In this document: in pieces, positions 47,254 through 59,350 of the stretch
Layout of the letters: the number at the start of each line of letters is the position of its first letter
How positions within the stretch are numbered: position 1 is the stretch's first letter
Origin: Rhynchopus sp. YZ270_cl-10
Taxonomy: Eukaryota
Length of the DNA stretch: 64,000 nt
NCBI GenBank assembly: GCA_964035575.1
Contig: OZ037838.1
Coordinates: 1,922,001 to 1,986,000 of the forward strand
Direction of reading: 5' to 3'
The notes under the pieces: generated by a model
What the model was told of the DNA's origin: nothing
The model's input: the letters and a program-made list of their open reading frames with translations, nothing else
Databases searched by the model: none
Made by a program: the position numbers and the translations under genes

Positions 47254-48372
47254 ATGATGGATGTGACCTTTGTGCTGGAAGAGTCAGGTGTGACTGCGAC
47301 AGTGGAGGTGCCGTGCGAGGCGGACGTTGCAGCGGCAAAGGAGGTTGCGTGCACGGCGCTTGCTGTCTCGCCTGCGTCTGTCGAGATGCGCATCGGCACG
47401 CAGGTGCTGGAGGGGACGTGCCGTCTGCAGGACACTGCGTTTGATTCAGGGGTGCAGGTTGTGCTTGCCCGCTGCTTTGCCGACATCAAGTGTCCTGCTC
47501 AGTACAGTGTAGAGGTGCCAACTGGTGGGCAGGGGACGAATATAAATCGCTTTTCGCTGTCTTCTTGTGGAGCAATCTGCCTCTTCTCAGGCCATGGAGC
47601 TGCACAGAAGGATAGCTCTGTCATCGGCATCGATACAGACACCTTCGGCCCTGCCTTCATGTTCAAAGTAGACATTAAGGTGTGCGGTGCGCCTGCCATC
47701 TCACGGTGCAAGACACGCTGCTACCTGGCGAGTAGGAATTGTCTTCTCGAGGTTGCGCTTCCGGGTGGGGAGGTGCTCCGCAAAGTCGACTGCGCCTCGT
47801 ACTCAGTGTTCGCCTGTGGCAGTGTTGTTGTCTCCCGTGACGAAAGAAGCGTCTCTGTGTATGACGAAGACCTGACGTTGCTCCGCACTCTCTCGCACAC
47901 AGGGTGCAATGAGGTCGTGGTGTAGGACTGCGGTGGGTGGGTGATCTCCTCCTCGAAGACTGAGATGAACGCACGTCTGTGGGATGTGAACACAGGTGAA
48001 GCTGTCGCATGTGTGCGTGCTGGGGGATGGTGTGTGGCGCTTTCACGGTGTGCCTCTGTCTTTGCTGTGGTGTGCTATGGCAAAGTGCAGCTCTATGACT
48101 GGAGTGGTGCGTCTCTTGGCAGCTTTCAAAAGGATAAATTTTCTTTCATTTGCATAAAATTCACTCCATGTGGGAAGTATCTCGTAGTACAGTTGGTGGG
48201 AGATGATCGACAACATTCACTGCACCAGTATGACATGTCGACCATGTCCTGTGTGCGTGTGTTCTCCGACGTCGCTGATGCCTCTTCATTTGTGATCTCT
48301 CCGTGTTCACGTGTGGTGGCTGTGAAGTCGGGTTTGGTTACAATTGTGACGAGACATCTGTACCCCTACTGA
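47254..48372 (+). pseudogene. Ubl-WD40 copy with one in-frame TAG
   Basis: TAG at 47923-47925 replaces the Ser codon (gtgtcggactg in paralogs). The frame is otherwise intact. Confidence 0.78.
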
Positions 48373-48757
48373 TGATTGCGAGATGTGGTGTTTGTGCAGC
48401 TCTCTCAGGCAGTTCACAGAGGGCTAAGCACGAGAGGTTAGGTTGTTCTTTGAAATAGGTCTTTTATTAGTAACGATGTGTATGACACGAGAGACACATT
48501 CACACATATTGTCTTCTGTATGTGTGCACTTCATGTGCATCAGAGTCGTCAGCAAAGGTCCCCCCTTCACACATTTTGTAAGAAATTTACACAGGCACAC
48601 ATTTAATCATTTTTTATTTTGACTTCGTGGTTAACCTTGTGTGAGGTTGTGCGGAGTTTTCAGGCCAAGGGAGCCACTGCAACAGGCCACACAATAAGCC
48701 TCAACACCCCTCCCCACATTCTCTCCACCCTCCACACAGAACATATTTACTTCATCT

Positions 48758-49810
48758 ATGCCGCACACTACGTTTGAAGGGAAGGGGTGGCGGCTGCGCC
48801 TCGTCGCAGAGCAGGCATCGACGTTGTCGCGCCACCCACACAAGCTGCCGCGGTGCAAGCTCAACTCACTGCAGATCACACGCGCGGACGGGACTGTCGT
48901 GTACACCTTCGACGGGAGTGGGTCGTACTACTGCCGCTTCTGCACGCAGCTGCAGTACGGCGCGGCACACCACTGCCAAGAATGCTATCCTTCATTCGAC
49001 GTCTGCGGACGCTGCTTCGAAGCACAGAAGCTTCTCGACCTCGGCAGGGACGCACACTCCGGCGCCCTCTCCCTCGCCCCCGCTGCCGCCCCCCCTACAC
49101 CACCCACGCCAGACGCGCCTCTCGACCCCTTTAGACAGACAAAGCCCGCACAGCCCACATGCCTCACGCTCCTCGCTGACGCTAAGGCGCACGAATTTTC
49201 CCACCTTCTTGACATTCTGTTTCCTCGCCTCTCTCAAGAAGACCTTGCTGCCGAAGTACAGGGCCTGCAAGCTTCGAAGGTCGACTATGCGTTTCGGGAT
49301 GAGAAGACGGGGCGTACGGTGCTGCACTTTGCGGCAGAGGCGGGAGCTGACAAGGTGGTTCTTGGATTGCTAATGCACGTTACGGAGGAGGTGAAGAACG
49401 GGCAGGACCACAGAGGGCTGACGGCACTCATGATCGGTGCGATGCTTGGGGAGTACTCAGTGGTGGAGGAGCTGCTGTACGGTGGTGCCGACACTTCTGT
49501 CAAATGTTTGAAAGGGTACACCGCGCTGATGCTTGCAGTGTGCTACGACCGCCCCGACGTCACATCACGCATCGTCTTTGGCGGCGCTGACGTCAACGAA
49601 ACGTCTCCCATCACAGGCCGCTCCGCCCTCGCCATCGCAGCACTCAACGGCAACGTGCAGTGCGTGCGACGTCTTCTTGCAAGCGACTCCACCGACACAA
49701 CACTTAGCGACCATGAGGGCTACTCTCCAATCGTGCTTGCAGCGGCGAAAGGGCACCAAGACATTGTTGCGGTGTTCCCACAGAGCGACAGAGATACGCT
49801 CAAATGGTAA
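48758..49810 (+). CDS. Ankyrin-repeat protein with N-terminal ZZ-like zinc finger
   Basis: CRFC...HHCQEC..FDVCGRC, followed by ankyrin motifs GRTVLHFAA, GLTALMIGA, GYTALMLAV, GRSALAIAA and GYSPIVLAA. Confidence 0.88.
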   Translation: MPHTTFEGKGWRLRLVAEQASTLSRHPHKLPRCKLNSLQITRADGTVVYTFDGSGSYYCRFCTQLQYGAAHHCQECYPSFDVCGRCFEAQKLLDLGRDAHSGALSLAPAAAPPTPPTPDAPLDPFRQTKPAQPTCLTLLADAKAHEFSHLLDILFPRLSQEDLAAEVQGLQASKVDYAFRDEKTGRTVLHFAAEAGADKVVLGLLMHVTEEVKNGQDHRGLTALMIGAMLGEYSVVEELLYGGADTSVKCLKGYTALMLAVCYDRPDVTSRIVFGGADVNETSPITGRSALAIAALNGNVQCVRRLLASDSTDTTLSDHEGYSPIVLAAAKGHQDIVAVFPQSDRDTLKW

Positions 49811-50938
49811 CAAAAAGACACTCTAGAACCATAAGATCCGAAGAATGAGAAGATTTAGGGAAGAGCGCTTCTCGCTTCTGACGGTGAAAGTAAATGAAGG
49901 TGATTTGTGGTGTGACCGTTTGTAGGCAAACTATAAAACCAACAATAGTCATTTTACTTCACTGTCGTGTAAAAAATAGCCTTTTCGGTGGAGGAGACGG
50001 AGGCTTGCGTGAGGAGCTTTTAATAGACGGCTAAATAATATAGGAAAGGGCTGTTATGTCTAGCTACACTATGTGATACCTACAAGCATAAGAGACGCTG
50101 TTGTCTTGGCGAAGCAGTACATCTTCTATTCTATCATATGGCCTAAGAGGCTTAGGTTCCATTAAACAAAAAGAACGAATTGTGATGCAAAAACAAAGGC
50201 TGTCTTTTTATCAGAAGCTTTTCGCAGTATGCCTAAAAAAAGCGTTTTTTTTGGTTCGGCATTATCAAAAAAGGAGAAAAATAGAAATTGAAAAGAGGAG
50301 AAAAAAACATAAGGAGTTCCCTCCAAAGTGTTTCAATGATGTGTGAAGCAGATTCCCTCAATTTTTCTTTCTTTTTTTCGCTCTTTCTAGGACTACCCTT
50401 TGTTAGGTAGGGTTAGGGTAGAGTGAGAGAGATAGAGAGAGAGAGAGATAAATAGAGGGTGGCCATGCATGGTACGGGTGCTGTGCTTTACAGTGTACAC
50501 CTTGGTACAATGCTGGCGTGTATTTTTTTTGCATCGGTTTTTCATTTTATCGATGGTTCCCTTTTTCCCCTATTTTTTTTTTTTTGGCATATTTTCGGCA
50601 AAGCATGAGCTGTGTAGTCATACAGAGATATAGTGTAAGACGGTAAGCTATATATAGCTATACTCCATTTTTTTTTAGAGATTCTTATTTTTGTTTTATG
50701 CACTCCCACGCAAAGGGTGGTTCGTCTGGTTCATTCCATATGGCATGTTTTCCCGTTTCCACGGTTGTGCTTCACCCTTTCTTGTTTCTCACCTCACCCT
50801 CCAAAAAAAACAGTCTCCCATGATTATTCACTGAAGGAGAAATGACAAACCTGCCTCCTCCCTCCTCCTCTACATACGTTTTTTACACCCCGCGTCTCCC
50901 ACCCTGTTGCATGAGCTCGACTGAGATGCGTTTTATCA

Positions 50939-51330
50939 TTAGTGGTTCCAGCTTTTAAAGACCCCGACAAGTTTTTCTTTTCTCCGGGCATGTTTGTCGC
51001 CACCAGTTCTGCTCTGCAAGGGGCACGTTGAGATGTTGGATACGTCGCGCACATACCTCGGCTTTGTGCACTTTCTTGTCGAGCTTTGTCGATGCTTCCC
51101 TTTGGGTATCACTGCGCCGAGATTGTCGAATTCCTTCTTTTCCTGTCTCAGCTGGGTGTCTCCGAGCATGAATTTCTGCTTTTCGGTCTTGTTTGTCGAG
51201 AAGGAGAAACTACTTCCGTACTTGAGGTCGGTCTTGGTGGCGAAGTCATGGGATACTGTGAGGCCGTTCTTTATATATCTGGTGCTATTCGAACTCATGG
51301 TGGTGTCTTCCTGCTAGGGGCGTATCCGCC
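50939..51330 (-). pseudogene. Possible degenerate non-LTR retrotransposon RT C-terminal fragment
   Basis: GLTVSHDFATKT...FMLGDTQL...FDNLGAVI resembles the GLxxxxxKT ... xxLG motifs of LINE RTs. Weak. Confidence 0.25.
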
Positions 51331-51719
51331 GTCTCGGAAGCGTGAACCATTTAAGCGACTTTTGCGTGTGTGTGCTGCACACAGCATGCTGCAGTGAGAG
51401 CAACACATAAATTCCCCAGAAGTGAGGCGGGTTCAAGCCCAGCCACAGTTTTGAGCAGTACGAACGATTCCTTCTGTTCCCTTTGTGCGAAACCCCTTCG
51501 CCATCGGCACGCATTTTCTAAATGCTTGATCGCACACATCACTCTTTTCCTCTCGCCTCTTGCTTTGCTTTGTCGTGCTACGTATTACAGAATGTAATCG
51601 CCTATCAAAGGTAATGTTCACATAGGGTTGTGACAACCCCCCTCCCTCCCCCTCCTCTATATGCACTCCCACAGAACGCAGAAGTATTTTTATATCGTTC
51701 TTTTTTGTTCTTCTTTTCA

Positions 51720-53216
51720 ATGATGTTAGCCACATTGGCGCTGTCTGTTGTGGCGTTGTCCGCACGGCCGAACTTTTTGTTTCTGTTCACTGACGACCAG
51801 GACCTGCTTCTCGACTCGATGGTAGCCATGCCTAGCGTACGCAAGAACATCCAGGACGCAGGCGTCACGATGGACAACTACTTTGCGCACACGCCGATTT
51901 GCTGCCCGTCTCGCTCGCAGACGTTGAGCGGGCGGTACTTCCACAACATCAGGATGGACACACCGACGCCAATGGCGTGCATGCACGTCAACACATCGAC
52001 AGACTTCCAGGAGCACACCTTTGGCAGATACCTGACCGACGCAGGCTACACAACAGGCATTTTTGGGAAGTACCTCAACATGCCCGGCATGGACAGCGCC
52101 GACCTCTGCCCCACATCGAAGAACACCACTGCAGCAACACCGAAGGGATGGGACCGCTTCTTTGCGATGTGCCCGGACACATGCTACTTCAACTGCACCT
52201 TCAACGACCAGGGAACGTACCATAAGTTCAACGACCCTGCGTACGCAGGCGGCAGCAACTACGCCACGTCTGTCATGATGAACGAAACGCTCACATGGCT
52301 TAAGAGTTTGGACGGCACAAAGCCGTTCTTCGCATACATCGCGCCGCATGCACCACACGGCCCCTTTTCCCCGGCACCGTGGTACGTTGACACACCCATT
52401 GCCGCAAAGGTTCCGCGCCACCCTTCGTACAACTACTCCGCAACGAACCACACATGGATGGTCGAAGGGGAGCCTGCGATTGACGACACCTTCCGTGATG
52501 TGCTCGACACTGACTACCAGAACCGCCTGCGCACTCTGATGACCGTCGACGACGGGTTTGACATTCTCTTCCAGCACCTTGCCGACAGCGGCACCCTCGC
52601 CAACACATACATCTTCTTCAGCAGCGACCACGGCTTCCACATGGGCAACTTCCGCCTCCCCGCAAGCAAGTCCACAGTCTACCAGACCGACGTCCGCATC
52701 CCTTTCTATGCACGTGGTCCAAGCATCCCCGCAGGCAGCCACCAATACGAGCACTGCGGCCTGCCCGACCTCGCACCCACCATCCTCGAGCTTGCGGGTG
52801 TCGCCGTGCCAGACAGAATGGACGGACGCTCCATGAAGCAGATCATCACCACGACGGAGGCTGTGGCGTGGCGGGACCGCTACCTGGTGGAGTTTCTGTC
52901 GAACCACTACTCTGTGGTGAGCCTCGAGGGGCATAGGGACGGGGCACCGAACAACACGTTCATCGCGTTGTACATGAACACGACGCAGGCGCCGTTCACG
53001 TCTGTCGGCAGCGGGCACCTGATGTACGCGGAGTACGCTGACGTCGTGCTCGACTACAACTTCGAGAGCAAAGCCTACGCAGCTGAGCTGTACGACCTGC
53101 AAGCAGACCCGTGGCAGCTGAACAACATCTACGCCAGCTCGACGCAGACGCTCAGAGACTCGCTGCACACCGAGCTCCGTAAGGAGTGGGCCTGCGTTGG
53201 TGCGGAGTGCTCCTAG
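51720..53216 (+). CDS. Secreted/lysosomal formylglycine-dependent sulfatase, N-acetylglucosamine-6-sulfatase-like
   Basis: Signal peptide, RPNFLFLFTDDQD, CCPSRSQTLSGRY (CxPxR), GKYLN, APHAPH, SSDHGFHMG and ELYDLQADPWQLNN. Confidence 0.93.
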   Translation: MMLATLALSVVALSARPNFLFLFTDDQDLLLDSMVAMPSVRKNIQDAGVTMDNYFAHTPICCPSRSQTLSGRYFHNIRMDTPTPMACMHVNTSTDFQEHTFGRYLTDAGYTTGIFGKYLNMPGMDSADLCPTSKNTTAATPKGWDRFFAMCPDTCYFNCTFNDQGTYHKFNDPAYAGGSNYATSVMMNETLTWLKSLDGTKPFFAYIAPHAPHGPFSPAPWYVDTPIAAKVPRHPSYNYSATNHTWMVEGEPAIDDTFRDVLDTDYQNRLRTLMTVDDGFDILFQHLADSGTLANTYIFFSSDHGFHMGNFRLPASKSTVYQTDVRIPFYARGPSIPAGSHQYEHCGLPDLAPTILELAGVAVPDRMDGRSMKQIITTTEAVAWRDRYLVEFLSNHYSVVSLEGHRDGAPNNTFIALYMNTTQAPFTSVGSGHLMYAEYADVVLDYNFESKAYAAELYDLQADPWQLNNIYASSTQTLRDSLHTELRKEWACVGAECS

Positions 53217-54876
53217 GGCTTGATGCAGAAGCGAAATAGGGACGGAAATAAACAACGTTTTGTTTTTAGTGATGTGTGATCCGGGGGAAGCGTTCAATGT
53301 ACCCCCCCATTTTTTTCGCGATTTTTTACCCCCTCCCCGTTTTAGAATAACTTGTGCAGTTTGTTCGTGTTTTTAGGTGATAGAGAGGTGGTGACCTGCT
53401 ATGTTCCATCTTTGCTTTTATCGTTTTGTTCAATGTGCATAGCCGTGGGCTGTGGGATCCTCTTATAGTTGTTAACCGAAATGGAAGACTTCTTTGTACT
53501 GTAGAAGTTGATTATTGTTTTGCGGTGTTTGCACTATGAATAAGGTGGTGTTGCGTCTCGTTTGTTTCCTGTGGGTGCCTGAGTTTTGCACTGCCAACGT
53601 TCTAACTTTTGCGTTCATTTTGTTTTGTATGAGTCGTACGTTTGCGCAAGGTGTGTGCAGTTCCAAACCAACATTTCCTGGAGAGATGTTTGTTTGTTTG
53701 GATCTGTTCACCATGCTCCTTCCTATTTTACGCGAAGGGCACGGAGTGGCTGTTCACTCAGTACTTCCTCCGTCTGTGACCCTCAATTTTCAAGTTCGCA
53801 CAATTAAAAAACATTTTTATTGTGCACGAGTCAGGTACATAATGTCGTTCATCTTCTTTTTTTGTTACTCTTTTTGGCTACGTGGGTCAGTCGGAGGTGC
53901 TGCATCAACAACTTCACTTTTTTTGAGTCTACCGTTGCTCTGGCTGACTGAGCGACGTTGTGCTGTCTGCATTGCATTGTATTGCATGGCATGCAGGGTA
54001 CACTTTCTTTTTTCAAAAAAAAATCCTAGTTCCTTCTGAGAGGTGGTTTTGTAACGTCGAGACAAAGGCCAAAAAAGGAAATGTGTTTTGCTAGCGGAGA
54101 GCCTCTCTGTTGTGCTCACACTGCAGCACTGCTCCCCCCTCGAAAGGTCTACTGAATTTTTTTTTAGGTACCAAGTTTTGCCAAATCATTGGCAAAAAGG
54201 TAAATAGAATATACGGAAGGTGTCTGCAAATTGTGTTTCCTTCAGTATTTGTTTCACAACCCACACAACTCATACGAAACTTCCTTTAAGATGTGCACGT
54301 GACACATTTATCCGCTCACCTTTTCATGTTAAATATGGTTGATACACATCAAAGTTAATTCAGGCATTCGGTCGACGTTTTGTTTCTGTATTATTTGTGG
54401 TGACTAAGCCAGGTGACTCATAATTATCACATACCTTTTTCCCCTTCTTTTTTTTGTTTTCACTCCCTGTGGAATGTGCTCGTGCTTGTTGAATACCCAC
54501 AAATAATGTTATGATGAAATCCCCCCTCCTTTGGTCCCTCCTTAAATGTATTTTTGTAGATTTTTCATCCGCATGGGAACTGGGTTTGCGGAACACAACC
54601 GAAGGGAGGATTCGCTCATTTGCGATAATGTTCCTCTGTTTGTGTCGTCTTGCGTTGCATCAGTATGTGCGTTGCACCCCGCCTGTGAGAGAGTCAGTTT
54701 CAGACATTTTTGAGATTAACGATCACACCACCCGTTACCTCTTTTCGCTGTTGTATTGTTATAGCCTTATTATGTTGGTGGAAACTACAGACCGAAACCA
54801 TCACAAACACACACAACAAAACAACCCACACCTCATCTCCTTCCCAACAGAGGTGGAACAATAAGAAGACAAAACA

Positions 54877-55989
54877 ATGGATGTGACCTTTGTGCTGGAA
54901 GAGTCAGGCGTGACTGCGACAGTGGAGGTGCCGTGCGAGGCGGACGTTGCAGCGGCAAAGGAGGTTGCGTGCACGGCGCTTGCTGTCTCGCCTGCGTCTG
55001 TCGAGATGGGCATCGGCACGCAGGTGCTGGAGGGGACGTGCCGTCTGCAGGACACTGCGTTTGATGCAGGGGTGCAGGTTGTGCTTGCCCGCCGCTTTGC
55101 TGACATCAAGTGTCCTGCTCAGTACAGTGTAGAGGTGCCACCTGGTAGAAAGGGGCTGGATATAATTCGTTTTTCCCTGTCTCCTTGTGGAGCACTCTGC
55201 CTCTTTACACAGGATGAAGGCTACGTCACCGGCCTCGATACAGAAACCTTCAACCCTGCCTTCAGGTTCAAAGTTGACTTTGACGTGTGGGGTCCGCCTG
55301 CCATCTCACGGTGCAAGACACGCTGCTACATGGTGTGCCGGAACGGTCTGCTCCAGGTTGCGCTTCCTGGTGGGGAGGTGCTTCGCAAAGTCAACAACCC
55401 CTCGTTCCAAGTGTTCGCGTGTGGTGGTGTTGTTGTCTCCCGTTGCAGAGGTGGCGTCTCTGTGTATGACGAAGACCTGACGTTGCTCCGCACTCTCTCA
55501 CACACAGGGTGTGGGAATGTGGCAGTATCGGACTGTGGTGGGTGGGTTACCACCTCCTCCGACAGTGCAGAGGAGAAAAACGCACGTCTGTGGGATGTGA
55601 ACACAGGTGAAGCTGTGGCATGTGTGCCTGCGGATGGGTGGAATGCCGCGCTGTCACGGTGTGCCTCTGTCTTTGCTGTGGTGTGCTCTGACGAAGTGCA
55701 GCTCTACGACTGGAGTGGTGCGGCTCTTCGTAGCGTTGAAAATGAGGAGTCTCGCGTCTGTGACGTGCAGTTCACTCCATGTGGGAAGTACGTCGTTGTT
55801 GCGTTTGCGAGGGGTAAAGAGCATGCACTGCACCAGTATGATGTGGCGACCATGTCCTGTGTGCGTGTGATACAGGACGCCAGAGGACTGTTTGCGATAT
55901 CGCCGTGTTCACGTGTGGTTGTGTTCAAGGCGGCAGGAGGTGACGCAGGAAGTGACGTCCTTGTTACGCAACATCTGTACCCCTACTGA
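54877..55989 (+). CDS. Ubl + WD40-like propeller protein, intact
   Basis: Full-length paralog, 370 aa. Confidence 0.8.
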   Translation: MDVTFVLEESGVTATVEVPCEADVAAAKEVACTALAVSPASVEMGIGTQVLEGTCRLQDTAFDAGVQVVLARRFADIKCPAQYSVEVPPGRKGLDIIRFSLSPCGALCLFTQDEGYVTGLDTETFNPAFRFKVDFDVWGPPAISRCKTRCYMVCRNGLLQVALPGGEVLRKVNNPSFQVFACGGVVVSRCRGGVSVYDEDLTLLRTLSHTGCGNVAVSDCGGWVTTSSDSAEEKNARLWDVNTGEAVACVPADGWNAALSRCASVFAVVCSDEVQLYDWSGAALRSVENEESRVCDVQFTPCGKYVVVAFARGKEHALHQYDVATMSCVRVIQDARGLFAISPCSRVVVFKAAGGDAGSDVLVTQHLYPY

Positions 55990-56276
55990 GTGATGCAGTG
56001 CACCCTGTGTGGGAAGTACCTCCTCGCTGTCGCTGAGTACTGCGGTGTGTTGCTATCGTGCGTTGCATCAGTATTTGCGTTGCACCCTCGACCTACTAGC
56101 CTGTGAGGGAATTCATTTTGAGGATAACGACCACACCACCCTGTACCTCTCTTTTTAACTTTTGCCTTGATCAAACACTCTTCTGTTGGTGGAAACTACA
56201 GACTCAACTAAAATATCTACCCAAAACACCTCCTAAATCTATCCTGACATAGGTGGAACAAGAAGAAGACAAAACA

Positions 56277-57417
56277 ATGGATGTGACCTTTGTGCTGGAA
56301 GAGTCAGGCGTGACTGCGACAGTGGAGGTGCCGTGCGAGGCGGACGCTGCAGCGGCAAAGGAGGTTGCGTGCACGGCGCTTGCTGTCTCGCCTGGGGTCT
56401 GTCGAGATGCGCATCGGCACGCAGGTGCTGGAGGGGACGTGCCGTCTGCAGGACACTGCGTTTGATGCAGGGGTGCAGGTTGTGCTTGCCTGTCCTCGCT
56501 TTGCTGACATCAAGTGTCCTGCTGAGTACAACGTACAGGACATTTTAACTCATGTGGAAAACTTGTCACTGTCGCGTTGTGGAACGCTGTGCCTCGTTAG
56601 TGATGATGCAAATGTTGTTGGCTTCGACACAGAAACCTTCGACACTGTCTTCTCGTTCACGTCGAATGCTTCACTACGCTCTGCACCTGCCATCTCGCAG
56701 TGCAAGACACGCTGCTACCTGCCGTGCAAGAAGGAAGGCCTTCTCGAGGTTGCGCTTCCGGGTGGGGAGGTGCTCCGCAAAGTAGACGGCACCTCAGTGT
56801 CAGTGTTCGCGTGTGGCGGTGTTGTTGTCACGGAGGGTATTGACGGCATCTCTGTGTATGACGAAGACCTGACGTTGCTCCGCTTTCTCTCGCATGAACG
56901 GTGTATGCGAGCAGTATCAGACTGTGGTGGGTGGGTGATCACCTCCTCCTGGGAGAAGAGGAACGCACGTCTGTGGGATGTGAACACAGGTGAAGCTGTG
57001 GCATGTGTTCCAGCGAGAGGGGGGTGTTGCGTGGCCCTTTCACGGCCTGCCTCTGTCTTTGCTGTTTCGTACTCTGGCACTGTGGACGATGGGTATGCGT
57101 GGGAGAACAACGTGCAGCTCTATGATTGGAGTGGTGCGGCTCTTCGCAGTGTTGATGTGGAGGGTCGTGTCGAGCGCATGCAGTTCACGCCGTGTGGGAA
57201 GTACCTTGTGTCCCACGAAGAATATGATGAAGACAATGTAGACCTGCACCAGTTCGATGTGGCAACCATGTCCTGTGTGCATGTGATACCGCTAACCTAC
57301 GGTGGGCCATTTGCCATATCACCGTGTTCACGTGTGGTTGTGTTACGGTATGAGGACGAAAGCGGTACAACAAGCGGCATTGTAACAAGGCATCTGTACC
57401 CACACAACAGTGAGTGA
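56277..57417 (+). pseudogene. Ubl-WD40 copy, frameshifted in the Ubl domain
   Basis: cctggggtct versus cctgcgtct near 56394 adds one base. Confidence 0.72.
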
Positions 57418-57929
57418 TGTTTCGCGAGGGGTGGGAGGGTGGTGACTGTATTCTGACAGAAGGGGACAGTGCAAGTGTCTGCAGAGGGTACCATCAACTG
57501 CATAGGCCGCACCGTCAATCTAGCTCAAGCGGACGGCTTTTCACACATCACACACAAAGACTTCGTTGTGGTGTATTTTTTTTCATATTGGTATCGTTTC
57601 TTGTTGACTCTTTATTTGTGAAGATGTGCGTGCACGAGAGTCATATTCATGTTTCAGGTTTTATTTGCTTACTTTTCCATGAGGATCCAATCCGTTAAAC
57701 GGAAACACAAACCGGGTGAGCGGTTATGTGGTGACCTTCCCCGTTCATACCACAGTGCGAGCAAGCCATGAGGTTTCTTTTCACATTTCCTGTGTTTGCA
57801 GGGTATCTTCAAAGTGCTTTCTTTATCAGAGTTTGTTGAAACACGTATTTAACCCACCAACCTTCTAATTTGTCATTGCGAAGTGACACCACCAACCATC
57901 ACATCAAACACAACAGAGCCCTTAACAAT

Positions 57930-59053
57930 ATGGATGTGACCTTTGTTCTGGAAGAGTCAGGCGTGACTGCGACAGTGGAGGTGCCGTGCGAGGCGGACGT
58001 TGCAGCGGCAAAGGAGGTTGCGTGCACGGCGCTTGCTGTCTCGCCTGCGTCTGTCGAGATGCGCATCGGCACGCAGGTGCTGGAGGGGACGTGCCGTCTG
58101 CAGGACACTGCGTTTGATGCAGGGGTGCAGGTTGTGCTTGCCCGCCGCTTTGCCGACATCAAGTGTCCTGCTGAGTACAGTGCAGCAGTGCCTCGGCGGG
58201 GGATGCATATGACTCGCTTTTCGCTGTCTCCTTGTGGAGCACTCTGCCTCTTGGTACAGAATGGACGCTACGTCACCGGCCTCGATACAGAAACCTTCAG
58301 CCCTGCCTTCAAATTCAAAGTAGGCATTGAGGTGTGCGGTGCGCCTGCTGCCATCTCACGGTGCAAGACACGCTGCTACCTGCCGTGCTGGGAAGGTCTG
58401 CACGAGTTTGCGCTTCCTGGTGGGGAGGTGCTCCGCAAAGTCGACGGCCCCTCGTTCCAAGTGTTCGCGTGTGGCGGTGTTGTTGTCTCGAAGGGCACAG
58501 ACGGCGTCTCTGTGTATGACGAAGACCTGACGTTGCTCCACTTTCTCTCGCACAAGGATTGTAGACACATGGCAGTGTCGCCCTGTGTGGGTGGGTGATC
58601 ACTTCCTCCAAGAAGGAGAGGAACGCACGTCTGTGGGATGTGAACACAGGTGAAGTTGTGGCATGTGTTCCTGCGGATGGGGAGTATGTGGCGCTTTCAC
58701 GGTCTGCCTCTGTCTTTGCTGTGGTGTGCTATGGCGAAGTGCAGCTCTATGACTGGAGTGGTGCGGCTCTTGGCAGCTTCGAAAAGGGGCAGCATCGCGT
58801 CTGTGCCGTGCAGTTCACTCCATGTGGGAAGTACGTCGTTGTTGCGTTAGATAACAATGGTGTTCGATATAGCGAAGAGTATACTCTGCACCAGTATGAT
58901 GTGGCGACCATGTCCTGTGTGCATGTGATACAGAACGCCGAAGGACTATGTGCGATATCGCCGTGTTCACGTGTGGTTGTGTCCAAGGCAGCAGGAGGTG
59001 CCACGACCGCAGGAAGTCACGTCGTTGTGACACAACATCTGTACCCCTACTGA
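57930..59053 (+). pseudogene. Ubl-WD40 copy, frameshifted
   Basis: tgtgtgggtggg versus tgtggtgggtggg near 58586 loses one base. ORFs 57870..58598 and 58595..59053. Confidence 0.72.
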
Positions 59054-59350
59054 GTGATGCAGTTCACCCTGTGTGGGAAGTACCCCCTCGCTGTCGCTGA
59101 GTACTGCGGTGTGTTGCTATCGTGCGTTGCATCAGTATTTGCGTTGCACCCTCGACCTACTAGCCTGTGAGGGAATTCATTTTGAGGATAACGACCACAC
59201 CACCCTTTACCTTTCTCTCTCACTTTTGCTTTGTTAAAACCCTCTTCTGTTGGTGGAAACTACAGACACAATGAGGACATCACAAGACACAAAACAAAAC
59301 AACCCACACCTCACCTCCTCCCAACAGAGGTGGAACAAGAAGACAAAACA

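Noticed and set aside
47923..47925. Stop-codon reassignment (alternative genetic code)
   Set aside because: TAG, TGA and TAA all end intact genes here; this TAG is one substitution from the paralogous TCG.
50402..50420. Telomeric repeat (ttagggtag); also ccctaa near 63815
   Set aside because: Only one or two degenerate units next to a GA microsatellite.
51380..51450. tRNA gene (B-box-like ggttcaagccc)
   Set aside because: No convincing acceptor, D or anticodon stems could be folded.
51726..53297. 523-aa minus-strand ORF
   Set aside because: Antisense shadow of the codon-biased sulfatase gene; no recognisable motifs.
54091..54104. Second copy of the hAT MITE end (ctagcggagagcct)
   Set aside because: No partner TIR or TSD found nearby.
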